Shown: piece by piece, positions 25,001 to 36,100 of the stretch
How positions within the stretch are numbered: the first letter of the stretch is position 1
How the letters are laid out: each line of letters starts with the position of its first letter
NCBI RefSeq assembly: GCF_052425735.1
Contig: NC_135767.1
Coordinates: forward strand, 6,758,001 to 6,822,000
From: Oculina patagonica
Taxonomy: Eukaryota
Reading direction: 5' to 3'
DNA length: 64,000 bases
Notes under the pieces: generated by a model
Told to the model about the DNA's origin: nothing
The model's input: the letters and a program-made list of their open reading frames with translations, nothing else
Database searches by the model: none
Made by a program: the position numbers and the translations under genes

Positions 25001-25898
25001 TCTACAGTGTAATTACGTGGCATATTTTGCGCGTTCTTTTGCCCTAAAATGGTTAAATGGAGCAATAGTGAAATAATAAACTGACGAACACTGGCGCTCA
25101 TTTTCTACTGAGCTCGCCGCGCTGACGTTTCGAACGATTTGGCTTAATTTTAGCAGTTGCGTTTTCCGAATACTTCTGACGCTTGCAAATGGTGTCTCCG
25201 ACTTTTGGAATTCGATCTCGTTCAAAATGTGAGTGCTTTAAGCTCTGATTGTGAAAGGATGTCATTTTAAGAACAACAAACCTTCAAAGGGGAGAGAAGA
25301 AGGAAAACAAGCTATTTTTGAGGAAAAAAAGGTTCATACGGGCGAAGGTAAACATTATGAAGGAGAAATTCGCGTTGGTTCGATAATTCAGATAAATTAA
25401 GCAAACGAAAACGATAAAGGAAACGGCGAATTTTGCTCCTTTTCTACACTTCACTTTCTAGAACAATTTTTTCCCGTAAACTGTTTAGCTTTTCGAATTT
25501 CAATATTCTTGCATTTTGTATTGGTTCGTATATAAGCAAATTGGCCGAAAAAACTCACAAAAAGCTGATGCAATCAGTTCTGACGACCGTTCTCTTTTCT
25601 TACTCAGTGACCTTTTTTTCGTTTGTGTTTTCAACAGTCTCAAATTGTCGGAGGTTTCGTTTTATCCGTAATTTAACATAGTCCCTTGAAAATCTGGAAA
25701 TTTTTGTGCATGTGTGGATCACTTCCGTTACTCAAGACTCGAAAATGTATAGTGTACTCATTTTGGAAGAGCCGTTTTGCTAAAAATATCTAGTAAGCGA
25801 CTTGAAAAATCGTTTAAAATGACATTACGTTTCGCTCACCTTTGCACAAGCCAAGCTTGCAGTACAGTTAACACAACTAAAGTTAAGCCCCAGTACAT
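13018..25898 (-). CDS. M14A procarboxypeptidase A/B-like paralogue 1 (CP1), 9 exons visible, last exon absent
   Basis: Exons 25898-25840 (signal [20 protein letters not shown]), 24395-24314, 24219-24001 (prodomain IDFWKEPS), 21996-21895, 21422-21318 (GIHAREW zinc motif), 16399-16286 (PVFNVDGY), 15484-15382 ([15 protein letters not shown]), 14291-14089 (FSEVET, DFHSYSQ), 13102-13018. All have GT/AG boundaries with consistent phases. Confidence 0.92.
13530..13692. repeat. Compound TCAG/GGCA/GACA tetranucleotide microsatellite in CP1 intron 8, leading into a gap
   Basis: Seen directly; equivalent position to 32770-33830 in CP2. Confidence 0.85.
13693..13980. other. Assembly gap
   Basis: Run of N. 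Confidence 1.
14316..14856 (-). mobile_element. LINE (L2/CR1-like) fragment: APE endonuclease C-terminal part joined to a 3' tail
   Basis: [16 protein letters not shown]...ISDHFSQF motifs; AATAAA+(TTG)n tail; 6-bp TSD AGTAAG (14310-14315/14857-14862); empty site in CP2 at ~34158. Confidence 0.85.
15605..15905. mobile_element. MITE remnant (GGGGACTCCTATATGAAAGGGAC family), shared with CP2 intron 6 (36597-36712)
   Basis: Degenerate inverted termini; related sequence at the same position in CP2. Confidence 0.55.
16448..16515. mobile_element. 68-bp palindromic MITE, TAGCCTCCCACGCAG termini
   Basis: Near-perfect hairpin; imperfect 9-bp TSD TATGTAACA/CACGTAACA; absent from CP2 at ~37479. Confidence 0.8.
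16543..17113. mobile_element. Tc1/mariner-pogo-type MITE
   Basis: TIR CAGTCAACTCTCG, TA TSD, internal GCTATTACGGAC repeats; empty site in CP2 at ~37505. Confidence 0.9.
17349..17695. mobile_element. MITE with CCCGGGGG...CCCCCGGG termini (composite)
   Basis: Same terminal family as 47862-48318. Confidence 0.7.
17863..19895. mobile_element. ~2-kb fold-back element with ~120-bp internally repetitive TIRs and nested insertions
   Basis: TGT...ACA ends; TIRs built of TAAATGTAATAA repeats; 5-bp TSD AAGCC (17858-17862/19896-19900). Confidence 0.8.
19192..19739. mobile_element. piggyBac-like MITE nested in the fold-back element
   Basis: TTAA|CCCTATTCAGACCGGG ... CCCGGTCTGGATAGGG|TTAA. Confidence 0.8.
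20335..20520. mobile_element. Palindromic MITE (CAATAGGCCATTTCCGAGTTACC...)
   Basis: ~80-bp inverted arms around a short loop. Confidence 0.8.
21450..21860. repeat. Compound GTCA/GTCG/GTCC/GTCT microsatellite in CP1 intron 4
   Basis: Seen directly. Confidence 0.9.
22055..22488. mobile_element. MITE with repeated CTAGGGTAACCCTAG palindromes (Harbinger-like)
   Basis: Inverted ends GTTTACAAGCA...GGTAGGGTAACCCT / AGGGTTACCCTACCTGCTTGTAAAC. Confidence 0.65.
23081..23432. mobile_element. Kolobok-like MITE
   Basis: TTAA|AGGGACACTGTCA ... TGACAGTGTCCCT|TTAA. Confidence 0.8.
23516..23990. mobile_element. MITE-like insertion ending close to the CP1 exon 3 donor
   Basis: Inverted ends TGGTTTTCAC / GTGAAAACCA; no matching sequence seen at the equivalent CP2 position. 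Confidence 0.55.
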
Positions 25899-25974
25899 GA
25901 TTACACTGTGAGTCGCCTGAACTTCTGACAAGAAAATCTTCTATGGGAAGGTTTTTAAAGAAATGTTATTGGCG

Positions 25975-25980
25975 TTTATA
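25975..25980 (-). promoter_or_regulatory. Candidate TATA box of CP1
   Basis: TATAAA ~77 bp upstream of ATG; conserved in CP2 (42137-42142). Confidence 0.5.
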
Positions 25981-26159
25981 TTTTAAGAATGAAACACATC
26001 TGTTTCATATAAAACAATCTTAAAATGTAAGAAAATATTATCATTTCGCAGTGATTAAGCTATTTAATGGAAAGTTCAAAAACCGCCACAGCTAAACTAA
26101 CTGATCTAATGCTTTTTGTTGTACTAAATTTAAACAAAACTACATTCAGGTGACCAAAC

Positions 26160-27200
26160 GTCAACGAATTTACTTCGTGAAAATATACTCATTTATATGT
26201 TTGTTGCCTCTTTACGATCACGAAATGGTTTCTGTAGTATTATTTTGTTTCTTACAAACTTAATTGCACGCATATTCACCAAATAAATTATATACAATCT
26301 TCTTTATAATATAATGTATTATTTTCAAGCTGAGGCCGAATCGAGGCTGGATGTTCTTATTTTTGCCGATTGAAGCCTGAAAACGCTCCTAGCGTGTTCT
26401 TACATGGTACAGAATTTCAGACACTGCCTTAAGCAAATACTCTTTTTAAATGCATTTATATGTCTTTGTCGCCATTTGAAAATTTCAAGAATCATCATAC
26501 GAGCTGTTTAAACAACGAATTTACTTTCGTGAAAATAGACCCATTTAGTTTGATTTGTTTGTTGCCTCTTTAGAATCACGCAATGGTTTTTGTAGTATTA
26601 TTTTGTTTCTTACAAACTTAATTGCACGCATATTCACCAAATAAATTATACACAATCTTCTTTATAATATAATGTATTATTTTCAAGCTGAGGCCGAATC
26701 GAGGCTGGATGTTCTTATTTTTGCCGAGTGAAGCCTGAAAATGTTCTTAGCGTGTTCCTGTACGTGGTACATAATTTTAGACACTGCCTAAAGCAAATAC
26801 TCTTTTTAAATGCATTTATGTCTTTGTCACCATTTGAAAATTTCAAGAAACACCATACGAGCTGTTTAAACAATGAATTTACTTTTCGATACTTTCGTGA
26901 AAATAGACCCAGTCCCATTTAGTTTGATTTGTTTTTTGCCTCTTTAGAATCACGCAATGGTTTCTGTAGTATTATTTTGTTTCTTACAAACTTAATTGCA
27001 CGCATATTCACCAAATAAATAATACACAATCTTCTTTGTACAATAATGTATAATTTTCAAGCTAAGGCTGAATCGAGGCTGGATGCTCTTATTTTTAAGC
27101 CTGAAAATGCTCTTAGCGTGTTCTTCTTATAATTACGTGGTACAGAATTTCAGACACTGCCATAAGCAAATACTCTCTAAATGCATTTTTATGTCTTCCT
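26160..27200. repeat. Tandem triplication of a ~360-375 bp unit upstream of CP1
   Basis: GCCTCTTTA..ATCACG..AATGGTTT at ~26206, 26564, 26938. CP2 has a single diverged, interrupted copy at ~42540-43250. Confidence 0.92.
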
Positions 27201-27629
27201 TATTCTGGAAGGTCATGAGGCCGACTCCCGTTGGGGGAACTCGGAAAATCTTTTTCCGAGTATTCTACTTGAGAACGCTTCTTAATTCATTCATTTTCAC
27301 TTTATCCAAGTTGCCATTCCACTTAACTTTATACTCAGTTGAACTGCGTACACATATTATAGTGAGATATTTCAAATACTTATATACAGTTTGTTTTATT
27401 TTTTTAGAAATAAGTTTTGGATTACTCTGCAGTTAGATCTGGACGCAACATCGAGTGGAGAAAATGAGTTTCAGCTTGGCAAAACATTGATCTCCGTTCG
27501 ATTGCGTTGCTAAAGATGTCGAAATGACGCTGCAATCATGTTCTTCAAATCTTGTCCAGAAACCCCCAAGTCACTATTTTGCTTACATAATTTGTAACTT
27601 CTCCTGTAAGCTCCAGGCTGCCACAAACA

Positions 27630-27750
27630 AGGACCCAGGTGTTCAAAGGGTGGATAACGCTATCCAGCGGATAAATCTTGGCAAAACAAACTATGAACTA
27701 CTATCCGGTGGATAGCGTTATTATATCCATCATTTGGACAACCGGCGCCA
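27630..27750. mobile_element. Short palindromic MITE (GGATAACGCTATCCA / TGGATAGCGTTAT)
   Basis: Inverted repeat structure. Confidence 0.6.
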
Positions 27751-28615
27751 AACAATTGTTTCTGGTGCAGCACATCGTCGAGCAAAGTTGAGCGAGAAAT
27801 ATTTATAAAATACCAGTTTTATAGGCTTATGAGACCTGTTTTAATATTATTGTAGGGTAATGAAACAGCCTCTGACTAGAGAAAGTGGTCGATATATCTA
27901 ACCTAGGTTTTCTCTTGATCCAGATAGAACAATCGTGTCATCATTGCACTTTCTGACCGCCGTATTGAAATAGGGTATATTTATATAGGAAAACAGTCAG
28001 TTCGTGAAACAATAAAGGATACTGAACAACCACATATTCGACCACATATTCTTTTTACAACTAAGCAGGAGGGTCCATTGTTAAAAATGTTTCCTCGTTT
28101 GCATGGACAAATTGCTTTTGAAAAACTTTGAAATAATTTTTTTGCTTCTCAGAAACAAAACTTAATGCTTCTGCAACATTAATATTTAATGAATGTTGCA
28201 TGAATACAAATGAGGAAACAACTGTACTAACTGTTTTCACAACAATGTTTCTGCAACAGTGTTTCCTTGTTTGTGGGCACAAGTTTCACTGCATGAGTTG
28301 ATGACCAACCTAACTGAGCCCCTCTAAAATTCACTGGAACAGTAGAATAGGGATCATTGTGTTGTGTTCTTGGCCAAGACTCATTACTCTCACAGTGCCT
28401 CCCCCCCTCCCCCCTCCCCCCGCCAAAAAAAAAAAATTACATTAGCATTTCCTACCATATTATCTTTGGTTCTTGCATGTGTCCTGCAGTCCTTCATCTC
28501 TCTAGCTCTTCATCGATCAGTCATAATTCCTTCTGCGCATTTAATTATTCTGAAATTCGATTGTGAGTGGTGGAATCTGTTTGGCACAAATAAATATAAA
28601 ACGTTCTTGAGAAAA

Positions 28616-28960
28616 CCCGGCGTATCCAATCGAACGTTCGGTAATCGAACCCAATCGAACACCAATCGTTCGATTGGGTTCGGTAATCGAACATAATCGA
28701 ACTCACAATAAAATTTGGTCAATCGAACAAAATCGAACGTTCGAATATCGAACAGTCGACAATCGAACAAAATCGAACGTTCGATTACCGAACAGTCGAC
28801 AATCGTACTCAATTGAACCTTCGATTACCGAAATCCTATTTGTTTATATTGCGGACACTTTGTACGGTGCACAATCCCTCTGGTTAGTCCTGCGTGATTT
28901 ACTTATCAAATGACGGAATCCGAAGAAAATCGAATCGGATTGAGTTCGATTGTGTTCGAG
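28616..28960. repeat. AATCGAAC-rich subterminal repeats of a DNA transposon remnant
   Basis: More than 10 AATCGAAC/GTTCGATT motifs in both orientations. Confidence 0.7.
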
Positions 28961-29312
28961 TTGTATAACAGCGATTATTGAGTGTATATGTATGTTTAGA
29001 CTTCTGTTTTTCTCAGTTTTCAAAAAAAAATTGAATTTTATTTACCTTACTATGCAACAACTTTTTGAAATCGCAGAATTTGTAATCTTTATAAACTTAC
29101 CTTGACAATGGCGTCATGAAGACTCCGAAACGTCGGTTATTTTCGCTTATTTTCACATGTTTGTGTTTTACAAAATCATTATTAATAAGAATTATGCTAC
29201 AAAACTTACAATTTTGCAGTTACGACAATAGACCATGAAATCTCGAAACTAAGCTCAAGAATACTCGGATATTGAATGGGACTATTAACTGTAAAAAATT
29301 GTTTTATTTTTA

Positions 29313-29772
29313 GGTTCAAGAGCTGGGACTAGCAACAGCCTATGAACAAGATGACGGAACCCACCGCCTGATCAGGAAATTGCTAGCTCTGCCGTTCCTG
29401 CCAGACAAAGAGATTCCTGCTGCGTTTGGCCAACTGGGAACAGCCACTACCGACGCATTGAAGAAGCTGGCCCGCTACATAAAGTCCACGTGGATTGAAA
29501 GCTCGATCTTCCCCCGTAAGGCCTGGAGCGTATATGGACAGGCTATCCGGACGCCAAAGATTAGGAATGCGTTAAATGCTATATGTTTGATCAAGTTAAG
29601 CCAACAAAACATACGATTAACCTGGATTTTATTAGTCCGGGCGAATCGACTCTCAGTCCGGGCGAATCGACTCTCGATCCGTGCGAATCGACTTTTTCTT
29701 CGGGCGAATCGACTCAGAAATCGGGCGAAACGTCTTCGGGCGAATGGTTCATCGGGCGAAACGACCTGATAC
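29313..29772 (+). mobile_element. Mutator (MULE) transposase fragment plus terminal 21-bp repeats
   Basis: VQELGLATAYEQD...LLALPFLP...YIKSTWIE...WSVYGQAIRT resembles the MULE catalytic-domain C-terminal part, truncated. Followed by GGCGAATCGACT repeats with a 21-bp period. Confidence 0.75.
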
Positions 29773-30810
29773 CAGTGAGACAGAAATGACCAAAGTTAAT
29801 TGAAACGACCACAACAACAAGAACGTTTATTTACTCACGGTAAAAGCTTGCATGTGGCTGTGTTGCGTACTAGCTAAGACTATTAAAAAAATCTATAATA
29901 TACATAAACTGATAAATAAAAAAGTTGTCCTGAGTAAATTACCTGCATGTCGGCAAAATATGGACAGAATTACTGTCCGATCCAAAGTTGGCCATAAATT
30001 CACCTCGTCTTCATTTTATTTCGATGTTCCAAGAAATTCCGAAAGCTTTCGCCTTCCAACAACGACTAATTTTTAGCCAATAGCTCAAAACGGTTTCCTG
30101 CTCAACAAGGACCGCCATCTTGGACGGAACCAGGCCTTTTGGAATACGTGGACTGGACTCCAGAAAATGGAGGTCACAGTAAGACAAAGTATATGGGTGG
30201 TAATGGTGGTGATGGAAGTAGGGAGTGGGGAGTGGGGGAATGTAACAGTATTTTCATACGGAGAAAGAATAACAGAACTCGTTGTTTGTAGACGGAATAA
30301 GATTTTTTAAAATTTGCGAGAGAAAGTGGAGGAATTGAGGGCTCCTGCGAAGGTATAAAATACTTAGAGAATAGCCTTGAAGAAATGGCGAGAGGACTGA
30401 GGTGATCCATCTTTTCCCCACTCCCCTACCCTTGGTCATTCGGTTGCCGTTTTTCGCCCTGCTTTCCAACTAGCCGAAAGCCTGGAACAGGCTACTTGGA
30501 GAGTTCTAGTGTTTCAAAGCTGAAAGTTTTTAGCAAAATGTGACCGTGATGCACTCTTGGATTTTAAAATGTTAATCTGTAACATGATGTCTTTCCATTA
30601 TTATTTTGTTAGGTTTTCCCAACAAATTATAGATGGCTTCTTTCCTCGAAAGGCAACGCCCTGTCGAACAAGACACCTATCTGTCGGAGACGCCGTGTCA
30701 TACAACCCGACCCACAAAAATAACAGACACAGGTAAAACGTTGCCAACCGGACACCTCCTGCAATTGAACACTTGGCATATTTCAGAGGACACTCGTGCC
30801 ATTGATTTGA

Positions 30811-31005
30811 TAATGGTGGTGACACACGAAGGGACATGTTGTGGGGACATGTCACAGGGACATGTATCAGGGACAAAATCACAGCATGTAAACACACAAG
30901 AAAATGTAGCTACAATGGGATGTGTCGATGCAACATATATGTCCCTACTACACGTTCTTGTGATTTTGTCCCTGACACATGTTCATTCGCATGTAAGCAC
31001 CTTAA
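30811..31005. mobile_element. Small MITE (GGGACATGT / TGTCCC inverted motifs)
   Basis: Inverted repeats GGGACAAAATCACA / TGTGATTTTGTCCC. Confidence 0.55.
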
Positions 31006-31069
31006 CAATATGGAAAGCAAACGGAACTTCTGGCAATGGCGAAAATGGACGCGCTAGCTTTTGTCATAA

Positions 31070-31366
31070 TTTTCAATTTTCGATTGAGTGTCCTAAATCC
31101 AAAACCAAAGTAATAACTCTGGCTAATCACAAAGGACACCAACAATATTTATTCAAGTGAACCAATTCAAGCAAGTCTCGAAGTAAATACATGTGGTTGG
31201 CACGAAGCGCGGGAAAATTGTGTGTGAGCGATTCACGATTGGTTTTCGTTTTACTTCTGATTGGATGAGAAAAGTGGCGCGAGATTTTTAAACCAATAAC
31301 TAGGCGCAGTAATTCAAAACCAAAGCAAATGCGAATTACTGCCGACACTTAAGTGAAAACCACTCT
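31070..31366. mobile_element. Interspersed MITE-like repeat
   Basis: Degenerate inverted ends TTTTCGATTGAGTGTC / GACACTTAAGTGAAAA. Confidence 0.55.
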
Positions 31367-31612
31367 GATAAGAAAATGACTAATTGAACTTAGGTTCAGG
31401 CGAAAAAACAGCCGTAGCGAGATAGCCGTATTGAAAAAGATGGTCTCGATTTGGGGTGGCACGTATGCGAGAACTATATATAGGAAGACTGACACTGAAA
31501 GAGAAGATGACAAGATGATATGGGAATCTTAATCAACATCACACATACGCTAACTTCTTTTATTTTTGCATTTCAAATAGCAAGTTAGACAGACTGTTGC
31601 CTGTTTAGGTCA

Positions 31613-33089
31613 TCACACATCCATTGCGCTGACCAAGGCTTTCAACCCCTCAAATGTCTCCTCCCCGGTGGGGATGATTTGATTGGCTGGCAGTAAGAAA
31701 CCGTAACGGCCTTCGTCACGCAACTCCACCGAGAAGGAATATTCCACACCAAGTTTCCCGTATGTCCAGTCCTCTGATCCTCCGGCTGCAGGGTCTGAAA
31801 GAATGACCAGAAAGAAACAAAGTGAACAAAATGCAGCATGCTGTTGTTACCCAACAACTATACATTTTTATAGAAATATCTCACATCTTTGTAACAATAT
31901 TTTGAAAGTTTGTAATGGGTCCCATCTGTTTTGATCATGGTCAATCAAAATTGACTTTTGAAGGTGAAACTGACATAGAAAATGTTGGCTTTCCCGCCAG
32001 TGTGTGATACCATGCCAACAATTGTTTTCATCATTTCAGAGATTGTGATTGGTCAAATTAAATAGACCTATTAAAGAGTTTTCAAAATGATGTCAAAAAT
32101 TCAAGGGATGCCGGGTCATGAGTCATTGAGTTGTGTTCTTTGGTTAGACACATTACTCTCACAGTGTTCCTCTTCAACCAGGAATTATTTTTCACTTTTT
32201 AGTTGTAAGTAAATGTAGCCTGCGAACAATTACCCTAGTGGGTATTAGAAAGAACAAAATCGGACAGTCAGGTGACCTGGAGCGAGCCGAGCGCGGTCTG
32301 GGCAGGAATATCTTGCAGATCTCCCTTTCGGGAACGCGCTCGTTTTACCCCATTAGAGAGTCAAGTAAGGGAGACTACTCGCAGGCTAAAATGCAGACTA
32401 TATTTCGAGTTTTTCCAAGTCAAGAGAAGGAAATGGAGCTTATGTACTACTTGGCAGAGAGAGTAATTGAGTTAGTGTGCACACCGGAAACTAAAACATG
32501 TACAGTATATAACAAAGTCGTAATTCTTACATAGTAGAGCTGCCGATGATCCATACTGGAACCTTGTTCCGTGCTTACGTGTGATAGCATTCGCGGCCGC
32601 CCTAGCAACCCTCATCTGGCAACATGAGTGTAAAATGAAGTTGAATTAAATAGTCAAATAATGAGTTAAATTTATTAAGTTATATTTTAAAACCCTACAC
32701 AAGTGCGATAGACAGATAGAAATAGACTGAGAAATTACGATGATCGACTGATCTGAATTTTCTCTGACTTCCTCAGTCAGCCAGTCAGTCAGACAGTCAG
32801 TCAGTGCGTCCGTCCGTCCGTCCGTCCGTCCCTCCATCAGTCAGTCAGTCAGTCAGACAGTCAGTCAGTCCGTCTGTCCGTCCGTCTCTCCATCAGTCAG
32901 TCAAGCAGTCAACTACTCAGTCAGAAGGCCTGCCACTCGATGTAAACATTCAGTAAACATTCATTCAGTTAGTCAGCAATTTAAACAGTCCGTCCGTCCG
33001 TCCGTCCGTCAGTCAGTCAGTGAGTCAGTCAGTCAGTCTCTTAGTCAGTCTGTCTGTCTGTCCGTCCGTCCGTCCGTCCGTCCGTCCGT

Positions 33090-33121
<32 letters not shown>

Positions 33122-36100
33122 CAGTCTGTCTGTCTGTCAGTCAGTCAGTCTGTCAGTCAGTCTGTCAGTCAGTCTGTCAGTCAGTCACAGTCTTTCCGTC
33201 TGTCTGTTCGTCCGTCCGTTAGTCAGTCAGTCAGTTAGTCAGTCTGTCACTCTGTCCGTCAGTCAGTTAGTCAGTCTGTCACTCTGTCCGTCAGTCAGTT
33301 AGTCAGTCTGTCACTCTGTCCGTCAGTCATCCGTCAGTCAGTCAGTCAGTCAGTCAGTCAAACTGTCCGCCAATCCGTCTGTCAGTTCAGCACAGTCAGT
33401 TCATCAGTCAGCCAGGCAGTCGGCCAGAGAATCAGTCGGTCTGACAGTCAGTCAGTCAGTCAGTCAGTCAAACTGTCCGCCAAACCGTCTGTCAGTTCAG
33501 TACAGTCAGTTCATCAGTCAGCAAGGCAGTCGGCCAGAGAATCAGTCGGTCTGACAGTCAGTCAGTCAATCAGTCGATCAGTTAGTCAGCAGCGTTTCAA
33601 TCATTCAAAATAGTCAGATAATCAGTCAGCATGACAGTCAGTTAATCAGTCAGTAGGTCAATCAACCAGACCATAAGGCAGGCAGGCAGGCAGGTAGACA
33701 GACAGACAGTAAATCGGTCAAGTTTTTGTTGAACAAGACAGCTAGACAAGAAGTCAGCCAGTTTAAAGTCAGACAGATAGATAGACGGACGGACGGACGA
33801 ACAGACTGACAGACCGGACGACACTCAGACAAACAAGTAACCACTCAATTGATCAAGAGATAATATTAATCAGTGCAACTAATTAACTAAACAGATAGTA
33901 CATAAATAAAAGGGAATTTGAAAACCTGTTCATAATGGTCCGGGGTATCTCTTCTTGTGTATCCCCACGGGATGAACCACATTTGACTGTAGGCATGAAA
34001 ATCAATGAAACCCTTCAACTTTCCGGCATCGGCAAGTCCTTTCAGGTAATTGCGGACGTTAACAGTTTCCACTTCAGAAAAGGCCGCAGAACCCCTGAAT
34101 GTGCTATCACAAGCGTACGAGCTCGCTCCAGTACCTGCCGTGTTTAACGTTGTTTGAAGTAAGAAACTTCAGTCCTTTATTATAAACTTGCGCAAGAGCT
34201 AAAAAAATTAACAAGCTAACAATCCTTTCAGATACACACTATATTGCCTTAGATAGATAGATGCTTTATTAAAACTAAATTGCAACCCGAGGGTTGAATA
34301 ATATAGTTTTTTACAAAAAAAATTACAATGGTTAAAAAGGGTTAAAATTTCTTATATATACAAAATGAAATATGCAGCTATGAAAAGTCAAATATTTAAA
34401 ATTTGAGCGCATTGCTAAGAATGAATGAGTTCTTCAATCTATTTGTCTTAAAATTAGCATTGAATTTGCGTTTCTTCCTCAAATTGTAATGACAGGTGTT
34501 CCTCTCTGGGAGTAAATTATGGAGTTTGTTATTCCTGTCTTCTGCAATCTTTGAAAAAAGCTTGTTCGTTAGGGACTGTCTTCTTGCTGAAAGAGTTTCA
34601 AGACCAGCCTGAGCCAAGGCTTCTTGGTAGGGCTTGAAAGGAAAGATGATGCGCATTGCCCTCCTTTGGATCCTCTCTAACTCTTCTGAAAGATACTTTG
34701 GAAGACTAACATGGAATACTGGGCAAGCGTATTCAGTAAGAGGACGAATACAAGTTCGATAAAATTGAATTAGCTCCTGTGTGCCGAGACCAGAGCGTTT
34801 GAGCTGTGACAGACAATACATTCGTTTCCTAGATTTCTTTCCGATTTCTTCGATATGACAATTCCATTTAAGGTTACATGTAATGTGCATACCTAGAATC
34901 TTAGCCTTAGGAACGCATTCGATTTCACTACCATTAATTACAATGGGGTCAAAGGAATTGTTTGCTGTACTAAAAGTTATTCGAAGTTCCTTGCACTTTG
35001 CCTCATGCCTTATGGAAATGGTCAAAACTATTGCACTCAGACAGGACCCACCACTCTGCAAACAGACAGGTGGTCTCTTCATGTACCCCCCTTCCCCACC
35101 TTAAAAGATGGTGTCTTGCTTGTATAGCCCCCACTCTATCAGGAGTAGAAACTAAGAAAAAGATTCAGACATCCTTGTGCCATTTCTCCAGCAATGCAAG
35201 CTTCATGCACACCTGAAAGTCTTAACTCAAATTTTGAAGCCAATAAATTTTGCTAATCAGACAGGTGGTATCTTGCATAACCTCAATACCCCTACACAAG
35301 GTGGGTCCTCGCCGAGTACCCTTGAGCTGCACCACGATGTGCGATTAAACCGATTTTTGGCGTCATAACGACGTCACATTGCGTCATAATGACACTAAAG
35401 TATATGCAGGTATCAGAATTCATGTATGCACCATCCTGTGTTAATTTGTTGGCCATAGCAAAAACTGTTAAGTGGTGGAATCTGAAGCCCCCTTTTCCTT
35501 CTCCCGGTCCCAGAAGGTCCACAAAACCCCGTCTGTCATGTTTTCATCAGACAACGTTTATTGGAATAGCTGTAATTGACAATATAATTTTGACAATGAT
35601 TCTATAAATGATAGAAATGATAGAAATTTAAAAAGTGGACATGTTGGTAGATAATACCGACATAACTTGATAAGAATAAGACTCGGAAATTATACTTTTA
35701 AGTTTGGCTCAGATACTCCTAAAATAAAAATTGTTTTCGCGCGCGAAACTCCTCCGAAACCACAGTTTTGGTAAAATAAAACTAGGATACACTGGCATTG
35801 CTTCTGTTAAATATCGATCTATTTCAGTAATACAGTCAACTCTCTCTAAAACGGACACCATCGGGACCGGCTCCAACTGTCCGCCTTAGAGAGGTGTCCG
35901 TCTTATAGGGAGTTTAGTTACAGTAAAATAACTGAAAAACGGTAGGGACGGGACCAACACCAGGTGTCCGTCTTAAAGAGGTGTCCGTCTTATGAAGGTG
36001 TCCGTTAAGAGAGAGTTGACTGTAAACAGAAGTCAATAAGTAGTGGTTATAGACTCATAAGTTAGTTAATACAGGGAAATGGTTAGGAAGCCCGGCAAAC

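Noticed and set aside
25940-26005. E-box CAGATG and TGGGAA conserved in both CP promoters (PTF1/RBPJ-like)
   Set aside because: About 50 bp apart with the TGGGAA downstream of the TATA box, which does not fit the bipartite site spacing; conservation is explained by recent duplication.
28616-29772. Regularly spaced short repeats suggestive of CRISPR
   Set aside because: Eukaryotic context, 21-bp period with similar spacers, no cas genes; these are transposon subterminal repeats.
30633-31160. 175-aa plus-strand ORF
   Set aside because: Runs through two MITE-like repeats; no recognisable domain or splice support.
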